Shown here: piece by piece, positions 37,886 to 47,590 of the stretch
How positions within the stretch are numbered: the stretch's first letter is position 1
Layout of the letters: each line of letters begins with the position of its first letter
Assembly (NCBI GenBank): GCA_965219085.1
Contig: OZ244720.1
Coordinates: forward strand, 3,215,527 to 3,279,526
Direction of reading: 5' to 3'
DNA: 64,000 nucleotides
Source of the DNA: Dehalococcoidia bacterium
GTDB lineage: Bacteria; Chloroflexota; Dehalococcoidia; UBA2979
Program-made: the position numbers and the translations under genes
The notes under the pieces: generated by a model
Told to the model about the DNA's origin: nothing
The model's database searches: none
What the model saw: only the letters and a program-made list of their open reading frames with translations

Positions 37886-39264
37886 GCGGCCCGCGGCTCC
37901 GAGGGGTCCGTGCGCTGAAGGAACGGGTTTTGGGAACCGCGCGGGAGCCGCAGCAGGAAGGCGACCGGGATGGCCGCGGCGCTGAGCGCGGCCAGGACGA
38001 GGACGCCCGTGAAGTAGGTGCCCTGGAGGTCGAAGAACAGCCCGAGCACCATCGGCGCGAGGACCGCGAACGGCACCGACGTGAAGTTCGTCAGGCCCTG
38101 GATCGTTCCGAACGAGGGGAGCCCGAAGAGGCGTCCGACCAGCACGGGGCGCGACGGAATCATCCCGCCGAAGCTGATCCCGAAGAGCGAAGCGAAGATC
38201 ACGATCTGCCAGTAGCTCGTCGCGTACGCGACCACGAGCAGCGACGCCGTCTGGATGGCCAGCAGGAGCGCCGGCACGATCCTCAGGTCGAAGTCGCGGC
38301 GCGCCAGGAAGTCCATCAGCATGCCGCCGAGCACGCGCCCGAGCAGGCTTACGAGCGTCATCACGGCCAGGCTGAACGCACCTGCCTCGCGGGAGAACCC
38401 GAGGCTCACGAGGTATGGAATCTGGTGCAGCATGAAGCCGGAGATGCCGGTCGACAGCACGCCGTAGATCAGTGCAAGCACCCAGAAGTTGCGGTCCTTC
38501 AGGGCCTGCCCGGAGGTCATGCCGCCCTCGACCGGGTTGCCCATCGCGATGACTTCCGCGTCGCTGTCGCCGTCGGGGTTGAGGCCCTTGTCGGAGGGCT
38601 TCGAGCGGATCAGCATCGCGCACGGGACGCCCAGCAGCAGCATCCCGGCGCCGAGGATCAGCGCCGTCTCGCGCCATCCGTAGGTCGCCTCGAGCCACAC
38701 GACGATGACGACGAACGGCCCGCTCAGCGCGCCGCCCGAGAAGCCAATGCCGAGCGCCTTGCCGCGCTGGCGGCGGAACCAGTTCACGATCGCGGTGTTG
38801 AACCCCACGCCCATCGTCGAACTCATCCCGATCGAGACGAGCGAGAAGGAGAGGAACAGCATCCACAGCGCCTGCATGAACGCCAGGGACATGATTCCGA
38901 GGCCGATGCACACGACACCGGCGATCGCTGCCGGTCGCGCGCCATGGCGGTCCACGAAGACGCCGATGAGCGGGCCCACGGCGCCGCCGACCGGCTGCAT
39001 GAACAGCGCCGTCAGCGAGCCGATGCTGCGGCTCCAGCCGAATGTCTCGAGGATGGGGACGAAGAGCACGCCGAAGCCGTAGACGAAGGACGCACTGACG
39101 TACCAGTGGATCCCCATCATCCCGGCGATCATGTACCAGCCGTAGAATAGCCCTCGGCGGCGGGGCGGGGCGCCCGCCGCTGCGGCGGTCGTGGTGGGCG
39201 TCGCGAGCGCAGCGGTCGTGGCAGGCGGCGCGAATGCGGCCGTCCCCGGCATGAGGTCTTGCAT
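37882..39264 (-). CDS. MFS transporter
   Basis: LFYGWYMI, GVFVDRHGAR; its stop overlaps the nudC start (ATGA). Start uncertain. Confidence 0.92.
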   Translation of the reverse strand: MQDLMPGTAAFAPPATTAALATPTTTAAAAGAPPRRRGLFYGWYMIAGMMGIHWYVSASFVYGFGVLFVPILETFGWSRSIGSLTALFMQPVGGAVGPLIGVFVDRHGARPAAIAGVVCIGLGIMSLAFMQALWMLFLSFSLVSIGMSSTMGVGFNTAIVNWFRRQRGKALGIGFSGGALSGPFVVIVVWLEATYGWRETALILGAGMLLLGVPCAMLIRSKPSDKGLNPDGDSDAEVIAMGNPVEGGMTSGQALKDRNFWVLALIYGVLSTGISGFMLHQIPYLVSLGFSREAGAFSLAVMTLVSLLGRVLGGMLMDFLARRDFDLRIVPALLLAIQTASLLVVAYATSYWQIVIFASLFGISFGGMIPSRPVLVGRLFGLPSFGTIQGLTNFTSVPFAVLAPMVLGLFFDLQGTYFTGVLVLAALSAAAIPVAFLLRLPRGSQNPFLQRTDPSEPRAA

Positions 39265-39525
39265 GCCGTCGTGCGTGAGTGCGGCGAGTCTCGCCGCGGT
39301 CGCCAGGTCGCGGGCTGGTATGGCCACGAGCATCCCGTTTCGTACCGACACACGGTACCAGCCGTCGGCTCCTCGCGCCCTCCGGCGCCCTGTGCGCGTG
39401 CCGGGAGATCCATCCGGGCTGCGCGCTCGTAATACGGCCAGAGGGCCTGCGAGGATGCTCGTCCGGCAGCCGGTGCAAGACGCGCATCCCCCGCCCACAC
39501 GAGACTGCGAGCGCGGAGGTGCACC

Positions 39526-41328
39526 ATGGCCGATCTGAAGTACGTGACCACGAGCGCGGTGTTCCTCGCCGCAAGCGCCTTCGCGACCGTGGCGCGAAGC
39601 AGCGTCGGTGTACCCCGGGCGATGGCGCCCATCCTGCTTCTCGCGGCGCTCACGCTCGGCCTCGCCGGCTGCGCGGCCGAGTTCGAGGACGACGGCGACG
39701 ACGGGACATACCAGACCACGGAGACCGCGCTCGGCAGCTCCACGGACACGTCGACGCAGCAATCTGCCGCGCCGGTGTCCTCCTCGTCGGCTCTGTCATC
39801 GGCAGTGAGTGACTCGGACTCCGAAGACGACGCGGCGTCCACCACCGGGGTGCTGGTCCAGGATTCGAGCCCGCCCGAGCAGGGGAAGGGCGGCGTCGCG
39901 TACTTCGGGCCTGAGTCCGGCGGGACCCAGAACCCCAACGACCGCGCCTTGCCGCTCATGTACTTCGAGAGCCACGGGGTGAACCCGTTCGTCGACGCCG
40001 ACGAGGATCCGCTGTCGACGTTCGCGCTCGACGGCGACACAGCGTCGTACGAGATCCTCGGGCTGTACCTCAGCGAGGCGCGGGTCCCACCGCCAGAGTC
40101 GGTGCGCATCGAGGAGTACGTGAACAGCCTCCCGCAGGACTACCCCGCAGCGGAGACGGCGCTCGGGCTGCACCTCGATGCCGGTCCCTCGCCGTTCGGG
40201 CCGGAGGGCTACGTGCTGCTGCGCGTCGGCGTGAGCAACCCACGGCCGGACACGGATCGCGACCCGGTGTCGCTGATCTTCGTCATCGACACCTCCGGAT
40301 CGATGGGCGTCGACCGGCGGCTCGAGCTGGCGAAGACCGTCGCCGAGGGCGTCGCCGACCGCATGATCGACGGCGACCGCGCCGCGCTCGTGACGTACGG
40401 CGACATCGCCGTCAAGAACAGCGACTTCGTCGATGCCGGCGACCGGTCGGAGGTCGTCACGGCCCTGCGAGGCCTGTACGCGAACGGCAGCACGTACGCC
40501 GAGGCGGGCCTGCGCATGGCGTACGGCCTGGCCGAGGACGAGCTCGACGAGGGGCGCACGGTACGCATCGTGCTGTTCTCCGACGGCGTCGCAAACGTCG
40601 GCCGCACCGGACCGGAGTCGATCCTCGAGTTCGTCGACGAGCAGGCGCACCGGCAGGCCACGCTTACCGCCATCGGCGTCGGTATCTCGGGCAACTACAA
40701 CGACGTGCTGCTGGAGGCCCTGGCGAATCGCGGCAACGGCACCTACCACTACGTCATCGATTACGCCGCGGCCGAGCGCTACCTGTCCGAGGACGTGAAC
40801 GGCGTGTTCACCGAGACCGCGCGAGACGCCCGCATCCAGGTCGCGTTCAACGCCGACGCCGTGCGCAAGTACCGGCTCATCGGCTACGAGAACCGCGCCG
40901 TCGCCGACGAGGACTTCGAGGACGACACCCTCGACTTCGGTGAGCCCGGCTTCGCCCGCGACGTGACCGCGCTCTACGAGCTGCGCCTCGAGGAGGGCGC
41001 GTCGTCCGATGACCAGCTCGCCCTGGTGCGGCTGCGCTGGCTCAGCCCGGGAACCGGCGGGGCGATCGAGACGTCCGCGAGCATCACGGTCGACGACGTC
41101 GCCGGCAGCATCGCTGACACGAGCGCGCACTTCCGGCAGGCCGCCGCGACCGCCGAGTTCGCGGAGCTGCTGCGCAAGTCGTTCTGGGCGCAGTGCGGCG
41201 ACATCTCCGCGGTCGGCGACCTCCTCGACGGCGTCGACGGCGAACTGGGCGAGAACAGCGACTACACTCGGCTCGTCAGCCGTGTGGCGCGGGCTTCGGA
41301 GTACTTCGAGCCCTACTGCAAGGAGTAG
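39526..41328 (+). CDS. VWA-domain lipoprotein (YfbK-like)
   Basis: Lipobox LAGC; LSTFALDGDTASY and VRIEEYVN, MIDAS DTSGS, LFSDG, YRLIGYENR, AATAEFAELLR. Confidence 0.88.
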   Translation: MADLKYVTTSAVFLAASAFATVARSSVGVPRAMAPILLLAALTLGLAGCAAEFEDDGDDGTYQTTETALGSSTDTSTQQSAAPVSSSSALSSAVSDSDSEDDAASTTGVLVQDSSPPEQGKGGVAYFGPESGGTQNPNDRALPLMYFESHGVNPFVDADEDPLSTFALDGDTASYEILGLYLSEARVPPPESVRIEEYVNSLPQDYPAAETALGLHLDAGPSPFGPEGYVLLRVGVSNPRPDTDRDPVSLIFVIDTSGSMGVDRRLELAKTVAEGVADRMIDGDRAALVTYGDIAVKNSDFVDAGDRSEVVTALRGLYANGSTYAEAGLRMAYGLAEDELDEGRTVRIVLFSDGVANVGRTGPESILEFVDEQAHRQATLTAIGVGISGNYNDVLLEALANRGNGTYHYVIDYAAAERYLSEDVNGVFTETARDARIQVAFNADAVRKYRLIGYENRAVADEDFEDDTLDFGEPGFARDVTALYELRLEEGASSDDQLALVRLRWLSPGTGGAIETSASITVDDVAGSIADTSAHFRQAAATAEFAELLRKSFWAQCGDISAVGDLLDGVDGELGENSDYTRLVSRVARASEYFEPYCKE

Positions 41329-41365
41329 CAGCCCGCGCCGGAAGAGCGAGCGTGAGGAGCCGTCG

Positions 41366-42268
41366 ATGACCACCGAGACCGAGAGCACCATGCCCACCGA
41401 CATCGGGATCGTCGACACGCTGCTCGGCATTCCGGCGGCGGACAAGACCGGCGCCTACGACTGGCTGCGCCCGCTGCTGCGCGACGACGAGTCCCTCGGT
41501 GCGTTCGACTTCCCGGTGCAGTACCAGTACCGCTCGCTGCCCGAGGTGCCGAAGGAGGGCACCGTCGACGACATGATCGACTTCACGGTCGAGCAGATGG
41601 ACAAGCACCACATCTGGAAGGCGCTACTCAACGTCAGCCTCGAGGCCGGCGACCCCGGCCGTCGCGCAATGGAGCGCTACCCCGACCGCTTCTTCGGGAG
41701 CGTCAGCGTCGACCCCAACCGCGGCGTCCCGGCGCTGCGCGACCTGCAACACGCCGTTGAGGACCTCGGCGTGAAGGCGGCGAGCGTGACGCCGGCGTTC
41801 GTCATTCCGCAGTGCCCGATCAACGACAAGCGGATGTACCCCGTCTACGCGAAGTGCGTCGAGCTGGACATCCCGATCCTGTGCACCACGGGCGTGCCGG
41901 GGCCGCGCGTGCCGATGGCCCCGCAGGACGTCTCGCTCATCGACGAGGTGTGCTGGTTCTTCCCCGAGCTGAAGTTCGTGATGCGGCACGGTGGTGAGCC
42001 GTGGACGTGGCTGGCGGCGAAGCTGCTGCTGAAGTGGCCGAACCTCTACTACTCGACGAGCGCGTTCGCGCCGAACCACTACCCGGACGACATCGTCCGC
42101 TTCGCGAACACGCGAGGGGCCGACAAGGTGATGTACGCCGGGTACTTCCCGGCTGGGCTGTCGCTCGACCGCATCTTCCGCGACATGCCGTACGTGCCGT
42201 TCCGTGAGCACGTGTGGCCGAAGTTCCTGCGCGAGAACGCGGTGCGCGTGTTCGGCCTCGGCGAGTAG
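41366..42268 (+). CDS. Amidohydrolase family (amidohydro_2) protein
   Basis: YPVYAKCVELDIPI..TTGVPGP, RHGGEPW; paralogue of 17647-18546. Confidence 0.92.
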   Translation: MTTETESTMPTDIGIVDTLLGIPAADKTGAYDWLRPLLRDDESLGAFDFPVQYQYRSLPEVPKEGTVDDMIDFTVEQMDKHHIWKALLNVSLEAGDPGRRAMERYPDRFFGSVSVDPNRGVPALRDLQHAVEDLGVKAASVTPAFVIPQCPINDKRMYPVYAKCVELDIPILCTTGVPGPRVPMAPQDVSLIDEVCWFFPELKFVMRHGGEPWTWLAAKLLLKWPNLYYSTSAFAPNHYPDDIVRFANTRGADKVMYAGYFPAGLSLDRIFRDMPYVPFREHVWPKFLRENAVRVFGLGE

Positions 42269-42283
42269 CGTCCTCGACGCGAA

Positions 42284-42307
42284 CCGGGCGGCCTTGAGGC
42301 CGCCCGG
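42284..42307. terminator. Hairpin between convergent genes
   Basis: CCGGGCGGCCT-tg-AGGCCGCCCGG. Confidence 0.5.
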
Positions 42308-42331
42308 CGTGTTCGTGCGCGCGTCGAGTTG

Positions 42332-43126
42332 CTACCGGCCCTGGAACTGCGGCTCGCGCTTCTCGAGGAACGAGTTGACGCCCTCGGCGCCGTCCTCGGT
42401 TGCGCCGAGCTGGCGGTTGTAGCCGATGCTGAGCTCCTGCACGCGCGAGAGGTCGTCTTCCTCGACCACCGAGACCATGCGCTTGGTCGCGGACATGCCG
42501 AGCGGAGGCCCACTGGCGATCTCCTGTGCGAACTCGACGGCGCGCGCCTCGAGCTCCTCGCGAGGCACCACCTCCAGCACGAGGCCGAGTTCGAGCGCTT
42601 CCTGCGCGTCGATGCGGCGCGCGCTGAGCATCAGTTCGAGGGCGCGCTGGCGGCCGAGCTGCTCCTGCAGGAAGTAGCTGAGCCCGTACTCGGCCACGAT
42701 GCCGCGCTTCATCTGCGCGACCTGGAAGACCGCGTCGTCGGCCGCGATGCGCAGGTCGGTTGCCATGGCGAGCGAGAAGCCCCCGCCCATCGCGTACCCG
42801 TTGATGGCGCCGATGACGGGTGCGTCGCAGTCGCGCATGGCGCGGATGGGCTCGGCCTCGGGGTGGCCGCGCCGCCAGGGATCGGGCTCGGCGTCGGGGT
42901 CCTTCGGCGAGAAGTCGCCGCCGGCGCAGAAGGCGCGGCCGGCGCCAGTGAAGACGATGGCGCGGGTCTGGTAGGAGCCGGCCTTGAAGGCGGCGAAGTA
43001 GTCGTTGAGGCCCTCGATCAGTGCGGGGTTGAGCGCGTTGAGCCGTTCCGGCCGGTTCATGCGCACCACGGCCACGCCGCCGTCGCGCGCCTCGACCTCC
43101 ACCACCGTCTCGACTGCTGTCGTCAT
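42332..43126 (-). CDS. Enoyl-CoA hydratase/isomerase
   Basis: MNRPERLNA, FCAGGD, AINGYAMGGG; close paralogue of 27591-28397. Confidence 0.95.
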   Translation of the reverse strand: MTTAVETVVEVEARDGGVAVVRMNRPERLNALNPALIEGLNDYFAAFKAGSYQTRAIVFTGAGRAFCAGGDFSPKDPDAEPDPWRRGHPEAEPIRAMRDCDAPVIGAINGYAMGGGFSLAMATDLRIAADDAVFQVAQMKRGIVAEYGLSYFLQEQLGRQRALELMLSARRIDAQEALELGLVLEVVPREELEARAVEFAQEIASGPPLGMSATKRMVSVVEEDDLSRVQELSIGYNRQLGATEDGAEGVNSFLEKREPQFQGR

Positions 43127-43202
43127 CGCCCACCTCCGTCGATGTGTCGTGTTCGTGGGGTGCAGGGTACAGGGAGGGGCAGCGAGTGTGGGGGCGGCGG
43201 GG

Positions 43203-43813
43203 TCAGGTGCGTGGGGCGCGCCGGCCAGCCGTCACGAATGACACTGTGGCGAGCGCGAACGCGAGTGCGACCAGTAGCACAACCGCCCGGTTATCTGCCC
43301 TCGGCGCCTGCTCACCTGCTGTCATCCCGGCTCCCGTTGCCGGACGCTCGGGTGACCGTGCTCCGCGTAGCTCTGGAGTGATCAAGCCGGTGCCAGGAGG
43401 GTGACCGGGACCGAGTAGGTTCAGGTAATGCTGCGCACCCTCCAGTCCGAAGATATTGCACACTCCGGTGACGAACCGGTCGCCTCCGTCGTCAAGCCAG
43501 GCATACACGAGGAACGTCTCGTCAAGGGCGAGGCGGGCCTCGCAGAAGCCTGTGCCTCGGAAGGCGATGCGCACGACTTCGGTCGTGCTCACATCGCCCT
43601 TCCATACTTCGGAGACCCGGAACGGCACGAGTTCAGTCTCAGTACGAGGGGTGAGCTCAAGCACTTCTGCCGCGAAGACGGCTTCGTAGTTCTCGAGTGA
43701 TCCACTCCGCGGGGCCCCCCACAAACACACGCCGAGGCGCTCGGAGCTGGCAGTAACGCGCCAAGACTGAGCACCAGTGCCACCGCCGCGAGCAGAACAG
43801 GCCATGAACGCAT
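43203..43813 (-). pseudogene. TIMP/NTR-like secreted protein with C-terminal membrane anchor, frameshifted
   Basis: Signal peptide ending ASA-CVC; break in the G6C4 run at 43711-43720; then AVFAAEV..FRVSEVWKG..FCE..FLVYA..TGVCN and a hydrophobic tail ending RRAPRT. Confidence 0.75.
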
Positions 43814-43872
43814 GGGGCGCAGGGTACACGCCACGCGATGGTTGATGGTGTCCGAATCGCGCTCCGGGCGCA

Positions 43873-43900
43873 CGAAGGGCCGCCCGCGGGCGGCCCTTCG
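43873..43900. terminator. 28-bp perfect palindrome downstream of ECH gene
   Basis: CGAAGGGCCGCCCG|CGGGCGGCCCTTCG. Confidence 0.55.
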
Positions 43901-43923
43901 ATGGTGTGCCGGGGGCGCTCGTG

Positions 43924-44691
43924 CTAGCGGCCCTCCCAGACCGGGTCGCGCTTCTCGGCGAACGCCGTCGGGCCCTCGACGGCGTCCTGCGAGCTCAGCA
44001 CGTGCTTGCCGACCCAGTCGTAGAGCCGGTACGAGTCGTCCATCTTGGCGAGCCGCCAGCTCTGGATCACGGCCTTCGTGCCCTGCACCGACAGCGGCGC
44101 GTTGGCGGCGATCATCTCCGCGATCTCGACCGCGCGCGGCAGCAGCCGGTCGGGCTCGACGACCTCGGTGACCAGGCCCCACGCGAGCGCCTGCTCGGGC
44201 TCGATGCGGTCGGCGGTGAGCAGCGCGTACGCGGCCGCGGAGTGGCCAATCACGCGCGGCATGTGGTGGATGGCGTAGCCGGCGAGGATCCCGCGCTTCG
44301 GCTCGAACAGCCCGAAGAACGCCTCGGTCGAGCAGATGCGGATGTCGCAGTCGAGGGCGGTCTCGCAGCCGCCGCCGATGGCGAGGCCGTTCACGGCGGC
44401 GATGAACGGCTTCTCGTTCTGCGAGTACGGGAAGTTGTCGACCAATGCCTGTGCGCCGCCGCGGTCGCGGGACTGCCCCCCTTCGGCCATCTCCTTGAGG
44501 TCGCCGCCGGCGGAGAAGGCGCGGCCGGCGCCGGTGACGATGCCGACGCGCATGTTGACGTCGTTGCTGAAGTCATCGATGGCCTCGGCGAGCTCGCGCG
44601 TGAGATTGCCGCCCATCGCGTTCAGCCGCTCGGGGCGGTTGTAGGTGAAGATCGCGTAGAAGTCGTGCTTGTCGTAGATCAGGTCGGGCAA
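43924..44691 (-). CDS. Enoyl-CoA hydratase/isomerase
   Basis: YNRPERLNA, FSAGGD, AVNGLAIGGG, FAEKRDPVW. TTG start inferred. Confidence 0.93.
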   Translation of the reverse strand: MPDLIYDKHDFYAIFTYNRPERLNAMGGNLTRELAEAIDDFSNDVNMRVGIVTGAGRAFSAGGDLKEMAEGGQSRDRGGAQALVDNFPYSQNEKPFIAAVNGLAIGGGCETALDCDIRICSTEAFFGLFEPKRGILAGYAIHHMPRVIGHSAAAYALLTADRIEPEQALAWGLVTEVVEPDRLLPRAVEIAEMIAANAPLSVQGTKAVIQSWRLAKMDDSYRLYDWVGKHVLSSQDAVEGPTAFAEKRDPVWEGR

Positions 44692-44827
44692 GGTGTTCCC
44701 TCTTCCTTGGCTCGCACTACCACGCGCGTTCTCGATGCCGTGGCGGCGCGTCGCGAACGTATCGGCGCGCCGCACCGCTTGGCAAGCGGAACGAGGTATC
44801 GAGGGGTCCGAGGCCGCGTCCCTGAGC

Positions 44828-45601
44828 CTACTCGGCGAACTCGAACAGCACCGGCGCGTGGTCGGACGGCTTCTTGCCCTTGCGGAAGTCGCGGTCGAAC
44901 CCCGCCGCGACGAGCCTCGACGCGAGCTCCGGGCTCACCAGCGCGAGGTCGATGCGCAGCCCCAGGCCGCGGTGGAAGTTCCCGCCGCGATAGTCCCACC
45001 ACGAGTGCTGCACGAGGTCCGGTTCGACGACGCGGAACGCATCCGCCAGCCCGGCGTCGAGGATCGTGCGGAGCCGCTCGCGCTCGGGCGCGCTGACGTG
45101 GGTGCTGCCCTCGAACGCCTCGGGGTCGTACACGTCGATGTCGGCGGGGGCGACGTTGAAGTCGCCCGCGATGGCGAGCGGCTGCCCGGCGAGCGAGCGC
45201 GCGCGCTCGGCCATCGCGTCGAGGAACGCCAGCTTGGCCTCGTGCATCGGGTCGTCGAGCGACCGGCCGTTGACGACGTAGACGCTGGCGACGCGCACCC
45301 CGTTGACCGTGGCCTCGACCCAGCGGGCCTCCTCGGGCAGCGGGTTGCCCGGCAGGTCCGTCGAGACGTCGTCGAGGGGCACGTCGTTGCGGGCGAGGAC
45401 GGCGACGCCCGCCCACTGCCCCGCCGAGTGGTCGGCGGCGTGGTAGCCGGCGGCGGCGAGCTCGTCGTGCGGGAAGGTGTCCGGCGCGACCTTCGTCTCC
45501 TGCAGGCAGAGGGCGTCGGGCGCGTGGACATCGAGGAACTCGAGCAGGCGCGGCAAGCGCGCCCGCACCGAGTTCACGTTCCAGGTCGCGAGCAGCACCA
45601 C
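44828..45601 (-). CDS. xth: Exodeoxyribonuclease III
   Basis: ATWNVNS, LCLQETK, GDFNVAP, SWWDYR, GLRIDLAL, SDHAPV. Confidence 0.96.
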   Translation of the reverse strand: MVLLATWNVNSVRARLPRLLEFLDVHAPDALCLQETKVAPDTFPHDELAAAGYHAADHSAGQWAGVAVLARNDVPLDDVSTDLPGNPLPEEARWVEATVNGVRVASVYVVNGRSLDDPMHEAKLAFLDAMAERARSLAGQPLAIAGDFNVAPADIDVYDPEAFEGSTHVSAPERERLRTILDAGLADAFRVVEPDLVQHSWWDYRGGNFHRGLGLRIDLALVSPELASRLVAAGFDRDFRKGKKPSDHAPVLFEFAE

Positions 45602-45666
45602 GACATCACCCGCTTCCGCGAACGACGTCGTGAGGTGTCGCGCTGACTGCTATGCGCTCAGGCGGC

Positions 45667-46404
45667 TCAGGCCTGGAACAGCAGCTCGAAGACCGCGTAG
45701 AACGCGACCGTCAGGATGGAGCCCGCGATGATCACGCCCCGGATGGTGTCGTACGGCGCCTTCGACCAGTGCGGCGCGTAGCCGAACGGCCAGCCCAGCG
45801 CGTTAATCTCGATCGCCCCGACCAACGCGATGAAGATCACCCAGTACGCGACGAGTGCGTCGTTGGCGACATCGAACACGAAGTGGCTCGAGGCGAACAG
45901 GTGCGAAGTGCCGCCCATGAAGAGCAGCATCGGGATCGAGAGCAGCGTGTTGGTGCGCGATGCGAGCCCGGCGCGGCGGGCTGCCGCCGGTGCATCCGGG
46001 TCGGCCTCGCCGCCCTCGGCGACGGTAACGGCCGAGCCGATGGCGACCTGCTGCGCGGGCCAGATCACGAGCCACACGTTGCTGAACATGATGATGCCGA
46101 GGATCCCGCCGCCGGCGATGGCCGTGCCCTGCACCGTCGTGAAGTAGTCACGGGTGAGCTGCTCGTTGAAGGCGAGGATCAGGATGCCCGTGAGCAACGT
46201 GAACATCGCGCCCCAGCGGAACCACCACAGCGCGCGCCAGGTGACCCGCCGCATCGCCTCGGAGCGACCTTCGCCGCTCATCTCGGCAAACGCGGGCACC
46301 TGCACGAAGTTGAAGTAGTAGAGCAGGCCGATCCAGGTGATGCCGGCGAGGATGTGCGCGTACCGTGACAGGAACGCGTACCCCTCTTGGCTCAGAATCT
46401 CCAT
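45667..46404 (-). CDS. Urate hydroxylase PuuD-like membrane domain (Urate_ox_N) without cytochrome c
   Basis: RYAHILAGITWIGLLYYFNFVQVP, ALWWFRW, NVWLVIWPAQ, SRTNTLLSIPML; no CxxCH. Confidence 0.8.
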   Translation of the reverse strand: MEILSQEGYAFLSRYAHILAGITWIGLLYYFNFVQVPAFAEMSGEGRSEAMRRVTWRALWWFRWGAMFTLLTGILILAFNEQLTRDYFTTVQGTAIAGGGILGIIMFSNVWLVIWPAQQVAIGSAVTVAEGGEADPDAPAAARRAGLASRTNTLLSIPMLLFMGGTSHLFASSHFVFDVANDALVAYWVIFIALVGAIEINALGWPFGYAPHWSKAPYDTIRGVIIAGSILTVAFYAVFELLFQA

Positions 46405-46519
46405 AGCATCCACCTTCCAGGATTGGCCTTGTGGCGCGAGCTTATCACACGGCATCGAGGCCCGGCGTGGCGTGCCGGGCCCGATCGTGCAAGGTGTGAC
46501 CCTGACTACGAACGTGGCC

Positions 46520-46999
46520 CTACTCGATGACGAGCACGCCCTCCATGCCGACCTGGCGGTGGCCGGCGACGCTGCACCAGAACGCGATCGTGCCCGACTC
46601 GGGAACGCGCAGCAGGAGCGTCTCCGACTCGCCCCGCTTCAGCAGCACGTGCACGTCGTAGCGTTCGTCGCCGAGCCCGATCTCCGAGGCGTCACCGGCG
46701 AACTCCTCGATCGTGAAGTCGTGCTCGATCACGCCCCTGTTCCTGAACTCGATGGCGAAGACCGAGCCGGCGGGTGCGCGCAACTCCTCGGCGCCGTACG
46801 CGATGTCGCGCATCTCCAGCTTGAGCGTGACCACGGGCGCCTCGCCGCCGAGCATCTCGACGGGCGTTGGCGTTGCGGTCGGCGTCGGCGTCCCATCCGG
46901 GTTGCCGTTGCCGCTGGGGCACCCGGCGAGGGCCGCCGCGAGCACGATTAGGGCCCCCGTCAGCGCCGAGGCCCGCACCATCCTTCGCAGCAATCGCAT
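46520..46999 (-). CDS. Cupredoxin (type-1 copper) lipoprotein
   Basis: Lipobox LAGC, PT linker, EHDF His and WCSVAGHRQVGM (C-x4-H-x4-M). Confidence 0.88.
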   Translation of the reverse strand: MRLLRRMVRASALTGALIVLAAALAGCPSGNGNPDGTPTPTATPTPVEMLGGEAPVVTLKLEMRDIAYGAEELRAPAGSVFAIEFRNRGVIEHDFTIEEFAGDASEIGLGDERYDVHVLLKRGESETLLLRVPESGTIAFWCSVAGHRQVGMEGVLVIE

Positions 47000-47210
47000 G
47001 CCCGCTCCTACCGTTGCACTGGACTCCGCGCGTCGCGCCTCAAGTGTCCGTGCGTCGTTGGTTGAGCGGAAGCCGGGCGCATGCGACCGGCACGGACATG
47101 GCGAGGCACCTGCTGGACGAATCCTGCCATAACCTGCCTCCGTTATGTGCACTAGACTGGTGGTTACGTCTGGGTGCACCCTGTTATGGTATTCGCGGGT
47201 GAAGACCTAC

Positions 47211-47248
47211 GCGGGGTCGGCCGGGTGAGTGGCGCCGGCCGACCCCGC
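47211..47248. repeat. 14-bp perfect inverted repeat in long non-coding interval
   Basis: GCGGGGTCGGCCGG-N10-CCGGCCGACCCCGC. Confidence 0.7.
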
Positions 47249-47590
47249 CTGTTCATGGCCTCGACGGCGAAGACGCGGCGGTGGCTCAAGTCGTTCCACG
47301 ACGTGCGGCCGCTACGGCACGCGAAGATCCTGACGAGCGTACGCCTGCTCGGCGAACCTACAGCGGAGCAGAACCGTGATGTGGCTGCAGGCCAGGCCTG
47401 CCGGCGTGCCTGCACGAGTTCCTGGACGAGCTCGCAATCCTGATCCATCGCTTCGTACAGCGCCTCACGATCGGAGAGATCGACGAGTTCCCGCCCGCCG
47501 TTCCAGGACGGCAGTGGCCGGAGGGCGCGCGTTCGACGATTGTCGCGAGATTCCATACCGAACAGCGTACCCGACGCCGCGCCGGACGCA

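Noticed and set aside
36950-39574. Apparent 874-aa NudC fusion
   Set aside because: The upstream part is an off-frame read of the MFS gene; nudC starts at 37885.
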